Positions 1 to 10,399 of a DNA stretch of 64,000 bases are shown here, piece after piece. Below the pieces are notes generated by a model that saw only the letters and a list, made by a program, of their open reading frames with translations, ran no database searches and had not been told where the DNA came from. This DNA comes from Gemmatimonadales bacterium (GTDB lineage Bacteria > Gemmatimonadota > Gemmatimonadetes > Gemmatimonadales > GWC2-71-9): assembly GCA_039794085.1 (NCBI GenBank), contig JBDIWC010000013.1, positions 1-64,000 of the forward strand, given 5' to 3'. The translations under genes were made by a program, and so were the position numbers. Numbering within the stretch: position 1 is the first letter of the stretch; every line of letters begins with the position of its first letter.

Positions 1-127
1 CAGAGATCCTGTTTCTGTGCCGGGGTCAGCCCCGGCCGGTCGGTTCGTATCATCGGGCAACCTCTTCCGTGGAGGACTTCGAAGGAAGATGTTGCATCGA
101 CCCATTGAATGCACCACTTCAAACTTC

Positions 128-1411
128 CTAATCGTTGACGGCGCAGGCCGGGGAATCCTCCGCCGGACGTCCGATGGCGGGAAGGATGTTCTCCAGGAGG
201 ATTCGTTCGGCGAGGCGGGAGGCGCTGGGGTCGTAATACCGTCCCGCCAGGATGGTCACGGCCATCCGGTACTGGGGGAGGACGAAGATCCGTTGCTGGC
301 CGTTGCCGATCGCGGTCAGGGCGTCGAGGGTGCCGTAGGGGGTCTGGTAGCAGGTGTGCCACCAGAGATAGCCATAGCGGTGGACACCCCAGGCGGTCGT
401 GGCGCCCGGCAGGAGAAAAGTGGAGCGGGAGGATTCGCGTACCCACTCCTCGGGGACCACCTGGCGTCCCTGCCATTGTCCGCCGTGGAGGTAGACCGAC
501 CCGATCTTGGCCACGTCCCGTGCCCGAAGCCGGAGGCCGGAGGCCACGGCGGGCATCCCTCCCAGATCTCCTCGCCATTCCCAATTGGTGATGCCGAGTG
601 GCTCGAAGAATGCTTCCCGGGCATAGGCTTCGAATGGTGAGCCGGTGGCATGTTCCAGCACCCCGCCCAGCGCCTGCACCAGCCCGCCGTTGTATACCCA
701 GGCCCGCCCGGGCGGGTGCATCACGGGCTTGGAGAAGATGTACCGGAGGGGGTCGCGGCTCCGGGTCATCCCCAGTTCATCATTGCGGGGATCGGTGAAG
801 GGGATGTCCTCATTCCACTGCAGGCCGGCGGTCATGGTCAACGCATGGCGGAGCGTGATGGCCCTCTTTTCGGGCAGGGTCAGGTCCCTCAAGCCGGGCA
901 GATAGTCGACCATCGGATCGTCGACCGAGCGGATGGCTCCCGAGGCGATCGCGATGCCGGTCAGGGCGGAGACCACGCTCTTGCTGATCGAGCGCACGTC
1001 GTGCAGTGCGTCCCGATCGAAGGTCCGCCACTCGCGCCGTTCTCCCCAGACCTCGTCCATGCCGGTGAAGTACTCTTCATAGGCCAGCCGCCCTTCGTGC
1101 TCCACCAGGACTGCGTGCACATTCCATTCGTGATAGCGGCGAAGCATGGCGGTCAGGGCGTCGAGCCGGACCGGGTCGAGTCCCGCCTCGCGAGGGGCAA
1201 CGGTGGTCCACCCGTCCCCGATCCTCTCAGCCGGAGTGGCTGCCGCCCTCTCGTTGACCGGCGGAGACGGGGACGGTGGATCCCCGGCACAACTGGAGAG
1301 GAGAAGGAGCGCGACGATTCCGAGCAGGAGACGGCGTCCCCTGCCTCTTGCCGGGGCCCCCCCGTTCGGGAGTGAGTGTCCGATGTGCTCCAGCCAACAT
1401 TGGTGTCTCAT
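128..1411 (-). CDS. Serine hydrolase, class C beta-lactamase/AmpC-like family, probable lipoprotein
   Basis: SxxK in DVRSISKSV, LTMTAGL, WVYN, LRARDVAKIG and YGYLWW motifs; lipobox-like LSSC. Start uncertain. Confidence 0.9.
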   Translation of the reverse strand: MRHQCWLEHIGHSLPNGGAPARGRGRRLLLGIVALLLLSSCAGDPPSPSPPVNERAAATPAERIGDGWTTVAPREAGLDPVRLDALTAMLRRYHEWNVHAVLVEHEGRLAYEEYFTGMDEVWGERREWRTFDRDALHDVRSISKSVVSALTGIAIASGAIRSVDDPMVDYLPGLRDLTLPEKRAITLRHALTMTAGLQWNEDIPFTDPRNDELGMTRSRDPLRYIFSKPVMHPPGRAWVYNGGLVQALGGVLEHATGSPFEAYAREAFFEPLGITNWEWRGDLGGMPAVASGLRLRARDVAKIGSVYLHGGQWQGRQVVPEEWVRESSRSTFLLPGATTAWGVHRYGYLWWHTCYQTPYGTLDALTAIGNGQQRIFVLPQYRMAVTILAGRYYDPSASRLAERILLENILPAIGRPAEDSPACAVND

Positions 1412-1622
1412 GCGCGCCCCACACGCCCGGGAAATTCCACGGTGCTGATGTTACTGATACGCGCCGGGGGGCAGAAGCGTTAAGGGAACGCCGACCGATC
1501 CATCGTGCTCGCGAAAAAGAGTGGGGATCCGAATCAACGGGGATTGGCGAGGATGAGGGATCCAGGCGTCTCCGGGAGGACGATGAGCAGGAGGCGGATC
1601 AGAAGGAGTGACGGGGAGGGCA

Positions 1623-1967
1623 TCAGGGCATCAGGCGTCTCAACTCCTGTCGTAAACCTTCAATTACTTCTCCGAGCCGGTCGAACTCGGGGCGGATGAG
1701 AGGCATCCGCCCGCTGATCATGTCGGCCCGGATCCCCTCCAGCATCTCCACCGCCCGGTGCACGCGGAACCGTTCCACCAGGCTCCCCGACCGCGCACCT
1801 TTGCCGGCCGACATGATGGCCCAGATGCTGATGCGGAGGGTGTCCACCGATGATTTGAGATCCTCCAGCCCCGTGGGGGCGATCGGGGCCCGGCCGAGGC
1901 GTTGCTCCACCTCGGACAGCAGAGACTTGAGGGCCACCAGCTGAAGCGCCAGGGTTTCGTCCGTCAT
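1623..1967 (-). CDS. Small helical hypothetical protein, 114 aa, paralog of 17318-17683
   Basis: ATG at 1967 with GAGGA RBS, directly after nhaA. LEDLK..D..R...WA...FRV.RAVE pattern shared with the paralog. Confidence 0.75.
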   Translation of the reverse strand: MTDETLALQLVALKSLLSEVEQRLGRAPIAPTGLEDLKSSVDTLRISIWAIMSAGKGARSGSLVERFRVHRAVEMLEGIRADMISGRMPLIRPEFDRLGEVIEGLRQELRRLMP

Positions 1968-1996
1968 GCCGGGTTCCTCAGCGTGGGGTGAGTGAG

Positions 1997-3169
1997 TCAC
2001 ACAGGGTGGTTGCGCCGGAGGGAGGATCGCAGCGAAACGTATCCCGCCAGCCCCGCCAGCAGCGATCCGACCAGAATGCCGAGGCGTTCGACTCCCGGGG
2101 GAATGCCGCTTCCTTCCTGGAAGGCGAGCGATCCGATGAAGATGCTCATGGTGAATCCGATGCCACACAGCAATGCGGTCCCGTACAGATCTCTCCATCG
2201 CACTCCCGCCGGGAGCATGGCCAGTCGGAGCTGCACCACCAGCCAGCACACCAGCATGATGCCGACCTGTTTTCCCACCAGGAGGCCGATCGCGATCCCG
2301 AGGGGGACCGGGTGAATCAGGTCGGCCATGGTGAGGCCCTGGAGAGGCACACCTGCGTTGGCCAACGCGAACAGGGGAAGGATGACGAAGGCAACCACCG
2401 GATGGATGGCGTGCTCGAGACGGGGGAGTAGCGGTTCCTGCCCGGTGCGGGCCCGGGCCGGGATCGTCATGGCCAGGGCGACACCGGCCAGCGTGGCGTG
2501 GACTCCCGACTTGAGGACCGCCACCCAGAGGACCCCGCCGAGCAGAAGGTACGGGATCGACCGGAGGACGCCCGCCCGGTTGAGCACCAGCAGTCCGCCC
2601 AGTGCCACCGCGGCCACGACCAGGGGAACCAGGGCCACGTTCGCCGTGTAATACACCGCGATGATGATGATCGCCGCCAGATCGTCGAAGATGGCCACGC
2701 TGAGCAGAAAGGCCTTGAGCCCGGCGGGAACCCGCTTCCCCAACAACGAGAGGACTCCCAGGGCAAACGCGATGTCGGTCGCGGTGGGGACGGCCCACCC
2801 GGACATCGCGGCGGCATTCCCCCGGTTGAAGGCGAGATAGATCGCCGCCGGAGCGGCGAGCCCGCCGATCGCGCCGAAGGCGGGGAGCACCGCCTGCCGG
2901 AGGTTCGAGAGGTGCCCGTCCAGAATCTCCCGCTTGAGCTCCATGCCGACCTGCAGGAAGAAGATCGCCATGAGGCCATCGTTGATCCACAGGAGGAGCG
3001 GCTTGGCGATGCCCGCCGCGCCGACCCGGACCTCGATCGGGAGGGCCAGAATCGCCGCGTAGGAGTCCCCCCAGGGGGAATTGGCCAGGGCCATCGCGAG
3101 GATCGCCCCCGCCATGAGGAGAATCCCCGGCGTGGCCTCCATCTCCAGAAACTCACTGAGTTGCTTCAC
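1997..3169 (-). CDS. nhaA: Na+/H+ antiporter NhaA
   Basis: WINDGLMAIFF, GWAVPTATDIAF, AIFDD, KSGVHAT and GIGFTMSIFI motifs. GTG start at 3169 chosen. Confidence 0.97.
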   Translation of the reverse strand: MKQLSEFLEMEATPGILLMAGAILAMALANSPWGDSYAAILALPIEVRVGAAGIAKPLLLWINDGLMAIFFLQVGMELKREILDGHLSNLRQAVLPAFGAIGGLAAPAAIYLAFNRGNAAAMSGWAVPTATDIAFALGVLSLLGKRVPAGLKAFLLSVAIFDDLAAIIIIAVYYTANVALVPLVVAAVALGGLLVLNRAGVLRSIPYLLLGGVLWVAVLKSGVHATLAGVALAMTIPARARTGQEPLLPRLEHAIHPVVAFVILPLFALANAGVPLQGLTMADLIHPVPLGIAIGLLVGKQVGIMLVCWLVVQLRLAMLPAGVRWRDLYGTALLCGIGFTMSIFIGSLAFQEGSGIPPGVERLGILVGSLLAGLAGYVSLRSSLRRNHPV

Positions 3170-3366
3170 ACTGAACCCCCTTGGAAGACAATATCCCACC
3201 AATCTAAGGAAACTCTTCCGTTTTGCCGGGCCTTCTCGACCCCCCCACCAGTGTCCATCGTGACGGTCCCGATTCTCCTTCCGCGCAATGTCTGGGCAAG
3301 CCCCCGGCATGGGGGCTTCCACCCCGCCGGCCCCTTTGGGCCGGTCTCGCGACCGGAGAACCCGCC

Positions 3367-4518
3367 ATGCCTCGCTGGATTCGCGTTGTCACCGTCCCCT
3401 GCGCCACCATCGGCCTCCTGGCAGCATTTCAGACACCCACGACACCCGAGGCCGACCTGGCCACGATCGCCCGGACCTACCTGGGCATGAACCTCCCCGC
3501 CGACTGGCGAGGAATCGAGGGCCTGCCCGGCATCCGATGGGCCCCCCTCCCGCCCACCTCTCTGGAGAACTGTCTCCCGGACGGCGGATGTTACGTCCGG
3601 CAGGGAGCCCTCACCCTGGGTGGCAGAACCATCACGGTGGTGGCCACCGGAGCCCGGACCATGGTGTCCAACATCTACTTCCGGAATGGGGGGGCCGCCC
3701 TGGGTGAGGCGAAAGTTGTCCAGGCGTTGAAGGAGGCGGGGATGGGGGCCGTCCTGGCCCGGTGCCCCGTCCGGACCGGAGCGGGTGGCACCAGCTGGTA
3801 TCAGCTGACCGGTACGGGGATCGCTCCGGCCTACCTCTCCATCCAGGGTCCCACCTCCGTACGGCCGACCGAGGGGTTCGTTCTGTCACCGGGGGAGGAG
3901 CTCCCTCCACTGCGACCCAACCAGCTGGCTGTGTATACTGAACAGTGTGCCCCGGGAGCCACGCGGACGCCGGTGTCCACCGTGAAGCCCCACGAGCGGC
4001 TGGCCGACATCATCGTTGCCCTTCTCGTGCCCGCAGGCGCCCCCGCAGCGGGACACGACTGGAGTGCTCTCGGCGCGGCACCAACCGACATCACGTGGAG
4101 CCCGGGCGGGCCGAAGCCAGCCGACCTCACGACCCTCCACAACGACGCCAGTCCTCTCATGCAATCCGGGAATGCCACCTGGGCGGGACGGAAGTTCTCC
4201 CTCATGGCCAGCGGGACCTCGGCTCGGGCGACAAACATCTATTTCGATGAACAGGGAATGCATCCGCGCGGCGAGCACATGCTCGGCGTCGTGTTCGAGA
4301 AGGGAGTTCAGGTACAGCTGGTGCGGTGTGGCCCGGTCTATACCCAGTCCACCAACAACTGGTACCGGCTCACGAGTCCCCGCACCCGGCCCGCGCTGAT
4401 CCGGCAGTCGATTCGATATGACGGGAACCAGGTGCAGGACAGCTATGTCCTGCGTCTCGATGGTACGCTGCCCCCGCGCGATCCCCGGGACCGGGACCCC
4501 GGGGTGAACGGCTGCTGA
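3367..4518 (+). CDS. Secreted hypothetical protein with internal two-fold repeat
   Basis: N-terminal signal-like segment. Both halves share DW...I.W.P, G.....GR...A.G, NIYF, RC and WY.LT. Confidence 0.75.
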   Translation: MPRWIRVVTVPCATIGLLAAFQTPTTPEADLATIARTYLGMNLPADWRGIEGLPGIRWAPLPPTSLENCLPDGGCYVRQGALTLGGRTITVVATGARTMVSNIYFRNGGAALGEAKVVQALKEAGMGAVLARCPVRTGAGGTSWYQLTGTGIAPAYLSIQGPTSVRPTEGFVLSPGEELPPLRPNQLAVYTEQCAPGATRTPVSTVKPHERLADIIVALLVPAGAPAAGHDWSALGAAPTDITWSPGGPKPADLTTLHNDASPLMQSGNATWAGRKFSLMASGTSARATNIYFDEQGMHPRGEHMLGVVFEKGVQVQLVRCGPVYTQSTNNWYRLTSPRTRPALIRQSIRYDGNQVQDSYVLRLDGTLPPRDPRDRDPGVNGC

Positions 4519-4593
4519 AATCGCGATCACCACCTGCGCCCCTGTTCCCCTCTGCGTGAGGGCGGGCCACGACCCGCTTCTACTCCCTATTCC

Positions 4594-4646
4594 CACCTAC
4601 AACCACCTACCACCTATCGCCTACCGCCTACCGCCTACCGCCTATA
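4594..4646. repeat. Heptamer tandem repeat (CCTACCG and variants)
   Basis: cacctac cacctat cgcctac cgcctac cgcctac cgcctat just upstream of the ATG at 4655. Confidence 0.85.
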
Positions 4647-4654
4647 TTCCCCCC

Positions 4655-5926
4655 ATGGACCCGATCCTCGTCCGGAACTTTGCCATCGCGCTGTTCATCG
4701 GTGCGCTGGTGGGGCTTGAGCGGGAAAAGAAGGATGCGCCCGACGCGGAGCATCGGATCGGAGGACTCCGGACCTTCATTCTCTTCGCCCTGGCGGGTGC
4801 CACGTCGGCTTGGCTCGGACAGCTTCTCGGCACCCCCTGGCTCTTCATCGCCACGGTCCTCGTCGTGGCAGCCCAGGTCCTGGCGGGGTACGTCATTCTC
4901 CTGAAGAGCCACGGCGCGGCGGGCCTCACCACCGAGATCGCAGCGGTGCTGGTGGTCCTCCTCGGTGGTCTGTCGGTTCTGGGCCAGCCGGGAATCGCCG
5001 TGGCGCTCGGAATCATCGTCTCAGCCGTCCTGGCATTCAAGCAGTCGCTTCATCACCTCGCGGGCCGTATCGGGGAGGAGGACCTCTTTGCCGGCCTCAA
5101 ACTCCTCCTGGCGTCGTTCATCGTCCTCCCCCTCCTCCCCGATCGGGCCCTCGATCCCTTCGGGGCACTCAACCCGCGTACCCTCTGGCTCCTGGTCATC
5201 CTCATCTCCGGGCTCTCCCTCGTGGGATACGTGGCCGCCCGCCTGCTCGGCCCCAATCGGGGAACGTCGATCACCGGAGCGGTCGGTGGTCTCGTCTCCT
5301 CCACGGCGGTCACCCTCTCCTTTGCCCGTCAGAGCCAAGGGGCGGAGGGACGAGGGCGCGAGATCGATTCGCGCCTCGCCGCTGCCCTCGCGGCCGGAAT
5401 CCTCCTCGCGTGGACCATGATGTTTCTGCGGGTCATCGTGCTGAGCTTTGTCGTGGCTCCCACGTTCGCTCGGGGACTGCTGGCACCGATGCTGTTGCTC
5501 GCAGCGGTAAGTGCCGTGGGAGCTCTGCTGTCACTCCGGGCGGGGCATCACCGGGTGGCGGAGCAGACCGTGCCGCTCCGCAATCCCTTCAGCCTCACTG
5601 CGGCCGTGAAAGTGGCCCTGTTCTTCGCGGCCATCCTGCTGCTGGTGGAGGTCGTTGAGAGATACCTGCCGACTGCGGGCATCTACGTCGTGGCGGGTCT
5701 CGCGGGGCTCACCGACACCGACGCCATCACCCTCTCGCTCGCCCAACGCGTCCGGGACGGGAGCGACATTCCCGCCGTCCGGGCGCTGCTCGTGGCGGTG
5801 CTCGCCAACACTTTGGTCAAGGGAGGGCTGGTGGCGGCGCTGGGGTCCCGCGCGCTATGCCGACAGGTGCTCATCCCCGCGGGGATCACTCTCGCGGTCG
5901 GGGTGGTGCTGATTCTCGGCCAGTGA
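4655..5926 (+). CDS. MgtC/SapB family membrane protein with DUF4010 domain
   Basis: GALVGLERE, GGLRTF, GLTTE and GGLVSSTAVT motifs; many TM segments. Confidence 0.92.
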   Translation: MDPILVRNFAIALFIGALVGLEREKKDAPDAEHRIGGLRTFILFALAGATSAWLGQLLGTPWLFIATVLVVAAQVLAGYVILLKSHGAAGLTTEIAAVLVVLLGGLSVLGQPGIAVALGIIVSAVLAFKQSLHHLAGRIGEEDLFAGLKLLLASFIVLPLLPDRALDPFGALNPRTLWLLVILISGLSLVGYVAARLLGPNRGTSITGAVGGLVSSTAVTLSFARQSQGAEGRGREIDSRLAAALAAGILLAWTMMFLRVIVLSFVVAPTFARGLLAPMLLLAAVSAVGALLSLRAGHHRVAEQTVPLRNPFSLTAAVKVALFFAAILLLVEVVERYLPTAGIYVVAGLAGLTDTDAITLSLAQRVRDGSDIPAVRALLVAVLANTLVKGGLVAALGSRALCRQVLIPAGITLAVGVVLILGQ

Positions 5927-6048
5927 GGTCGGAAGGACTGAGGACACAGGACGGAGGTGTCTCCCCTCTCCTGCCCTGCGGGAGTAGAGATCGCCACGGC
6001 GGCTGGCGCCGCCTCGCGACAGGGGGGCCGGGGGGGGCTGGCTGACAG

Positions 6049-6077
6049 TTGAAGGGAGAATGTCGTTCGCCCCTACG
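6049..6077 (-). repeat. GTAG-type REP-like palindrome
   Basis: Minus strand GTAGGGGCGAACGACATTCTCCCTTC. Its TAG is the stop codon of the otsB fusion. Confidence 0.5.
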
Positions 6078-8631
6078 ATGCCTTTCTGCGCGCGTGACCT
6101 TCGGCCGCTTCCAGCGCCAGCGCATTTCGGATCAGACCGATGTGAGAGTAGGCCTGGGGATGGTTTCCGAGAGCCCGGTCGGTCCGCGGGTCATATTCCT
6201 CGGAGAGGAGTCCCTGGGGACCGGCCAACCCGAGGAAGCTCTGAAAGAGGGCCCGCGCTTCGTCGAGCCGGCCGATCAACAGGTAGCTCTCGATCAGCCA
6301 GGAGGTGCAGAGATGGAACCCGCCCTCGATGCCGGGGAGTCCGTCGTCCTCCCGGTACCGATACACGGTGGGTCCGTCCCGCAGATGGCGTTCCACCACC
6401 GCCACCGTGCTCACCACCCGGGGATCGCCGGCGGGCAGCAGGCCGGTGAGACCCACCGTGAGGGCCGCCGCATCCAGATCCCGCGCCTCGAAGGCCGCGG
6501 TGAAGGCCCGTGCCTCTGGATGCCATCCCCGGGAGACCACCTCGTCGTGGATCTCCTGGCGGAGCGTGCGCCACCCCTCGGGCACCTCGGCGTGGATCTG
6601 CTCCCCGATGGAGATGGCCCGATCGACCGTCACCCAACACATTGTCTTGGTATGCACATGGTGACGGCACGGCTTCCGGATCTCCCAGATGCCATGATCG
6701 GGTTCCCGCCACCGGCGCTCCACCGCCTGGACCATCTTCTGCACCAGGGTCCAGTGCTCATGGGTCACCGGGGCGTGGTGCTCCACCAGCCGGTGTACCA
6801 CCTCGACAATCGGTCCGAACACGTCGATCTGGATCTGACCCGTAGCCCCGTTTCCCACCCGCACCGGTCGGCTTCCTCCGTAGCCCGCCAGCTGGGCGAT
6901 CTCTCCCTCGGGGCTCAGCTCCCGACCCAGCACTGTGTAGAGGGGTCGCAGCCGTTCCGGCGCCTGCTCCAGGTCGTCCAGGATCCCTAGGACCCAGCCG
7001 AGAAAGTCGAAGGCCTCCCGGTGGCTGCCCAGCTCCACCAGGGCGGCCGCCGACATCGCGCCATCCCGCAACCAGCAGTACCGGTAGTCCCAATTGCGGA
7101 CCCCGCCGAGATGTTCGGGGAGACTGGTGGTCGCGGCGGCGCTGATCGCCCCGGTGGGACCGTAACAGAGGGCCTTGAGAACCAGCGCGCTCCGCCGCAC
7201 GGCGTCGGTGGCGACAGAAGGAAGCGTGAGGGTGTCGACCCATTCTCTCCAGTATCGCGTGGTCCGGGCCAATCGCTCCGGCGCCGGCCGTGCCTCCGCG
7301 AGGCTGGTCGTGCCATAGCGCAGTTCCAGAACCAGGGGCACCTCGGGGTCGAGCTCCACCTCTGTGCTTGCGACGTCGTGGCCACATTCCTCCCGGATCG
7401 TCCACGCCACTCCCGGCGCCCGCAGCACGATCGGATCGGATGTCCCGTACACCCGCACCCCGTGATCATTCACCCGGATCTGGGTGGCCACCCGGCCGAA
7501 GTCGATCCGCGGCGCGAACTCCACGCGCACCCGGCCCCGGCCCGACACGATCCGCAGCAGGTCGCTCCGGCCCGCGCGCTGGTCGGTCCGCCCTTCGCTG
7601 ACATCGAGAAAATCCTCCACCCGGCAGGTGGACCACGCCGTTTCGAGCACCATGGTGCCGTCATGATATCGCTGAACCGGGGGACCGGCGCCGTCGTCCA
7701 GGGGGGTGATGGCGAAGTAGCCGTCGCCGGGGCCGCCGAGCAATTCGGCGAACAGGGCCGGGGAGTCGATTCGCGGCGCGCAGTACCAGACGATGCGGGC
7801 ATCGGGCCGCACCAGGGCCACCGCCCGTTGGTCCGAGAGGAAACCATGGGTCTCGATCGGCGTGGTGCCGGCGCCCTCGAGCCAGGCGGAGCGACGCTCC
7901 GCCAGATGGGCCAGCAGACGCGCCACATCCTCGGTGTTCCCCACGCGGTGCGTGGCGGCACTCGCACCCTCACCAACCTTGACACCCACATCGGGACCGG
8001 TCAGCGTCACGAACGCATCTTCGTCAGTGGCATCGTCCCCCAGGAAGAGCACGGCGGAAGCCCCGACCCGGCGGCGCAGGGCATCGAGAGCCCGCCCCTT
8101 GCTCGTGTGCATCGCGGCCAGTTCCACCACACACTTCCCGTGCCGGGTGTGCACCCCGGCCAACGCGCCGACCGCCTCCCGCACCCGAGCCAGAACATCA
8201 TCCACCCGGTCAGGATCCGTCTGCCGGTAATGCACGGCGACGCTGGCCGGCTTGGCCTCGAGGTAGACGCCGGGGAATTCATCGGGGAGAGTATCGAGCG
8301 CCAGGGCGATGCGGCGACGCAACTCGCAGACCTCCTTGGACAGCGTCTGGCTGAAGTCCTGGTCGAACTCCGACCCGTGGCTGCCCACCAGGTGCACCTC
8401 CTCGGGGAGACCGGCGATCGCCCGGAGATCCCGCAGCGCCCGGCCCGACACCACCGCCACGTGCGTCCGCGGCAACGCCGCCAGGAGACGCAAGGCCACG
8501 ATCGATTCCACCCGGGGCAGGGCCGCGGCGGGATCCTCCACGAGGGGCGCCAGCGTGCCATCGTAATCACAGGCCACCAGCAACACCGGCGCTTGGGCGA
8601 TGCGATGCAGTGTTTCGTCCGTCAGATTCAT
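6073..8631 (-). CDS. otsB: Trehalose-6-phosphate phosphatase fused to GH15 glycoside hydrolase (trehalase-like)
   Basis: N-terminal HAD motifs DYDGTL, GSHG and GDDATDEDAF. C-terminal GH15 motifs AATTSLPE, RNWDYRYCWLRD, GIWE and GNHPQAYSH. ATGA overlap with the otsA stop. Confidence 0.93.
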   Translation of the reverse strand: MNLTDETLHRIAQAPVLLVACDYDGTLAPLVEDPAAALPRVESIVALRLLAALPRTHVAVVSGRALRDLRAIAGLPEEVHLVGSHGSEFDQDFSQTLSKEVCELRRRIALALDTLPDEFPGVYLEAKPASVAVHYRQTDPDRVDDVLARVREAVGALAGVHTRHGKCVVELAAMHTSKGRALDALRRRVGASAVLFLGDDATDEDAFVTLTGPDVGVKVGEGASAATHRVGNTEDVARLLAHLAERRSAWLEGAGTTPIETHGFLSDQRAVALVRPDARIVWYCAPRIDSPALFAELLGGPGDGYFAITPLDDGAGPPVQRYHDGTMVLETAWSTCRVEDFLDVSEGRTDQRAGRSDLLRIVSGRGRVRVEFAPRIDFGRVATQIRVNDHGVRVYGTSDPIVLRAPGVAWTIREECGHDVASTEVELDPEVPLVLELRYGTTSLAEARPAPERLARTTRYWREWVDTLTLPSVATDAVRRSALVLKALCYGPTGAISAAATTSLPEHLGGVRNWDYRYCWLRDGAMSAAALVELGSHREAFDFLGWVLGILDDLEQAPERLRPLYTVLGRELSPEGEIAQLAGYGGSRPVRVGNGATGQIQIDVFGPIVEVVHRLVEHHAPVTHEHWTLVQKMVQAVERRWREPDHGIWEIRKPCRHHVHTKTMCWVTVDRAISIGEQIHAEVPEGWRTLRQEIHDEVVSRGWHPEARAFTAAFEARDLDAAALTVGLTGLLPAGDPRVVSTVAVVERHLRDGPTVYRYREDDGLPGIEGGFHLCTSWLIESYLLIGRLDEARALFQSFLGLAGPQGLLSEEYDPRTDRALGNHPQAYSHIGLIRNALALEAAEGHARRKAS

Positions 8632-10010
8632 GCCATCAAGCCTCCGAGATACCGGTCGGCCCATTCATGGACGTCGTAGCGCCGGACCACCCGCCGAAGC
8701 GATCGCATCCGCCGGGTCATGTCCTCCGGCGGGAGATGCAACGCCCGATGGATGGCCTGAACCAGACCATCGATGTCGTGCGGGTTCACCAGGAGTGCCG
8801 CGCGGAGCGCACGGGCCGCACCCGCGAATTCACTGAGAACCAGCACCCCCGTCCCATCCACGCGCGAGGCAACGTATTCCTTCGCCACCAGGTTCATCCC
8901 GTCCCGGAACGGAGTGACCACCATCACGTCCGCCGCCACGTACAGCGCCACCAGATCCTCCGGTGACAACGAGCGGCGCAAATAGTGTACCGCCGCAAGC
9001 CCCACATGTGAGAACTCCCCATTGATCCGGCCCACCCATCCCTCGATCTCCGTCCGCGTCTCAGCGTAGTCCGGAACCAGTTCCCGGCTCGGCACCGCCA
9101 CCTGGACAAACACGGCGTCCTGGATGCGAACGGATCCCGTGCCGAGCAACTCGGAATAGGCCTGGAGACGGATGTCGATCCCCTTGGTATAGTCGAGCCG
9201 GTCCACCCCCAGGAGGATCTTCCGGCCCCCCAGACGGCGGCGCAGGGCCTCGGCCTTGGCCCGAACCGCTGAGGAACGGGCCAGGGTGTCGAAGGTCTGC
9301 ACGTCGATTGAAACCGGATAAGTGGCCACACCCACCCGGCGACTCCCCACCTCCAGGTCCGCCCCAGCCCCGTGCGCCCCGCCGAAACGGTGCGCGGACC
9401 GGCGCAGATTCCGCGCATCGTCCTCGGTCTGGAGACCGATCAGGTCCGCGCCGAGAACCCCCTCCATCAGGGCACGCCGCCAAGGAAGCTGGGCCACCAG
9501 CTCCACCGGAGGGAAGGGGATGTGCAGGAAAAAGCCGATCCGGAGGTCGGGGCGCCGTTCCCGCAGCATCTGGGGAACCAGCTGCAACTGGTAGTCGTGG
9601 ATCCACACCAGGGACTTCTTGGGTGCACTCTCCGCCGCGACCGTGGCAAAGCGCTCATTGGCGGTCCAGAAATCCCTCCACCATCCCCGGTGAAACTCGG
9701 GACGACGGACCACATCGTGATACAACGGCCACAGGGTGCGGTTGCTGAATCGCTCGTAGAACCCTTCGATGAGCTCGCGGGACAGGCCAACCGGCCGAAG
9801 CGAGATCCCCTGGTGCTCAAAGGGCGCGGGCGCGGGGCCGGATTGCCCCGACCAGCCTACCCAGATCCCGCCCCGCTCCCGGAGTATCGGCGTCAGAGCG
9901 GCCACCAACCCTCCGGGACTCGTTTCCCACTCGCTCGCGGCACCTCGCCGACTCACGCGGTGGACCGGAAGTCGGTTGGCGACGATGACTAACGGACGAC
10001 TCCCGGGCAC
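8628..10010 (-). CDS. otsA: Trehalose-6-phosphate synthase (GT20)
   Basis: [28 protein letters not shown] and [10 protein letters not shown] motifs. Confidence 0.97.
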   Translation of the reverse strand: MPGSRPLVIVANRLPVHRVSRRGAASEWETSPGGLVAALTPILRERGGIWVGWSGQSGPAPAPFEHQGISLRPVGLSRELIEGFYERFSNRTLWPLYHDVVRRPEFHRGWWRDFWTANERFATVAAESAPKKSLVWIHDYQLQLVPQMLRERRPDLRIGFFLHIPFPPVELVAQLPWRRALMEGVLGADLIGLQTEDDARNLRRSAHRFGGAHGAGADLEVGSRRVGVATYPVSIDVQTFDTLARSSAVRAKAEALRRRLGGRKILLGVDRLDYTKGIDIRLQAYSELLGTGSVRIQDAVFVQVAVPSRELVPDYAETRTEIEGWVGRINGEFSHVGLAAVHYLRRSLSPEDLVALYVAADVMVVTPFRDGMNLVAKEYVASRVDGTGVLVLSEFAGAARALRAALLVNPHDIDGLVQAIHRALHLPPEDMTRRMRSLRRVVRRYDVHEWADRYLGGLMA

Positions 10011-10210
10011 GTCTGATCACCTCCGAATTGCGTGCGAGGAATGGAACGGGACAACCGAACAACGCAATATATGTCGATTCTCGGATCTCCCGTTCGTTTC
10101 CCATCTATCGGCAGCTGGGTATTGGGGATTATTGGGGATTGGGTGTCGGGTGTCGGGAGGAGAGGGGATGGTGGGAATGCCGCAGGTAGGGCGTGGGACA
10201 GAGGGACCTG

Positions 10211-10313
10211 GGACATGGGACATGGGACATGGGACATAGGACATAGGACATAGGACATAGGACATAGGACATAGGACATAGGACATAGGACATGGGACAT
10301 GGGACATAGGACA
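10211..10313. repeat. Heptamer tandem array GGACAT(G/A), 14 full units
   Basis: Counted directly from the sequence; lies between divergent genes. Confidence 0.97.
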
Positions 10314-10399
10314 GTGTTGGACATGGGATCCATGGTCCCATCAGGCAATCCTGAGTATCAATGAGGTTTCGAACAAAAACCCTTTTCGCCGAGGATTAC

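Noticed and set aside
7021..8679. 552-aa plus-strand ORF and similar long shadows (36283-37938, 38343-40010, 53521-55071, 55399-57189, 62068-63564)
   Set aside because: Antisense frames of clearly identified genes.
10211..10313. Possible CRISPR array
   Set aside because: Contiguous 7-bp units with no spacers; no cas genes in the window.
9989..10348. ORFs with MSYVLCP repeats
   Set aside because: Translation of the heptamer array, giving the same peptide in all three frames.
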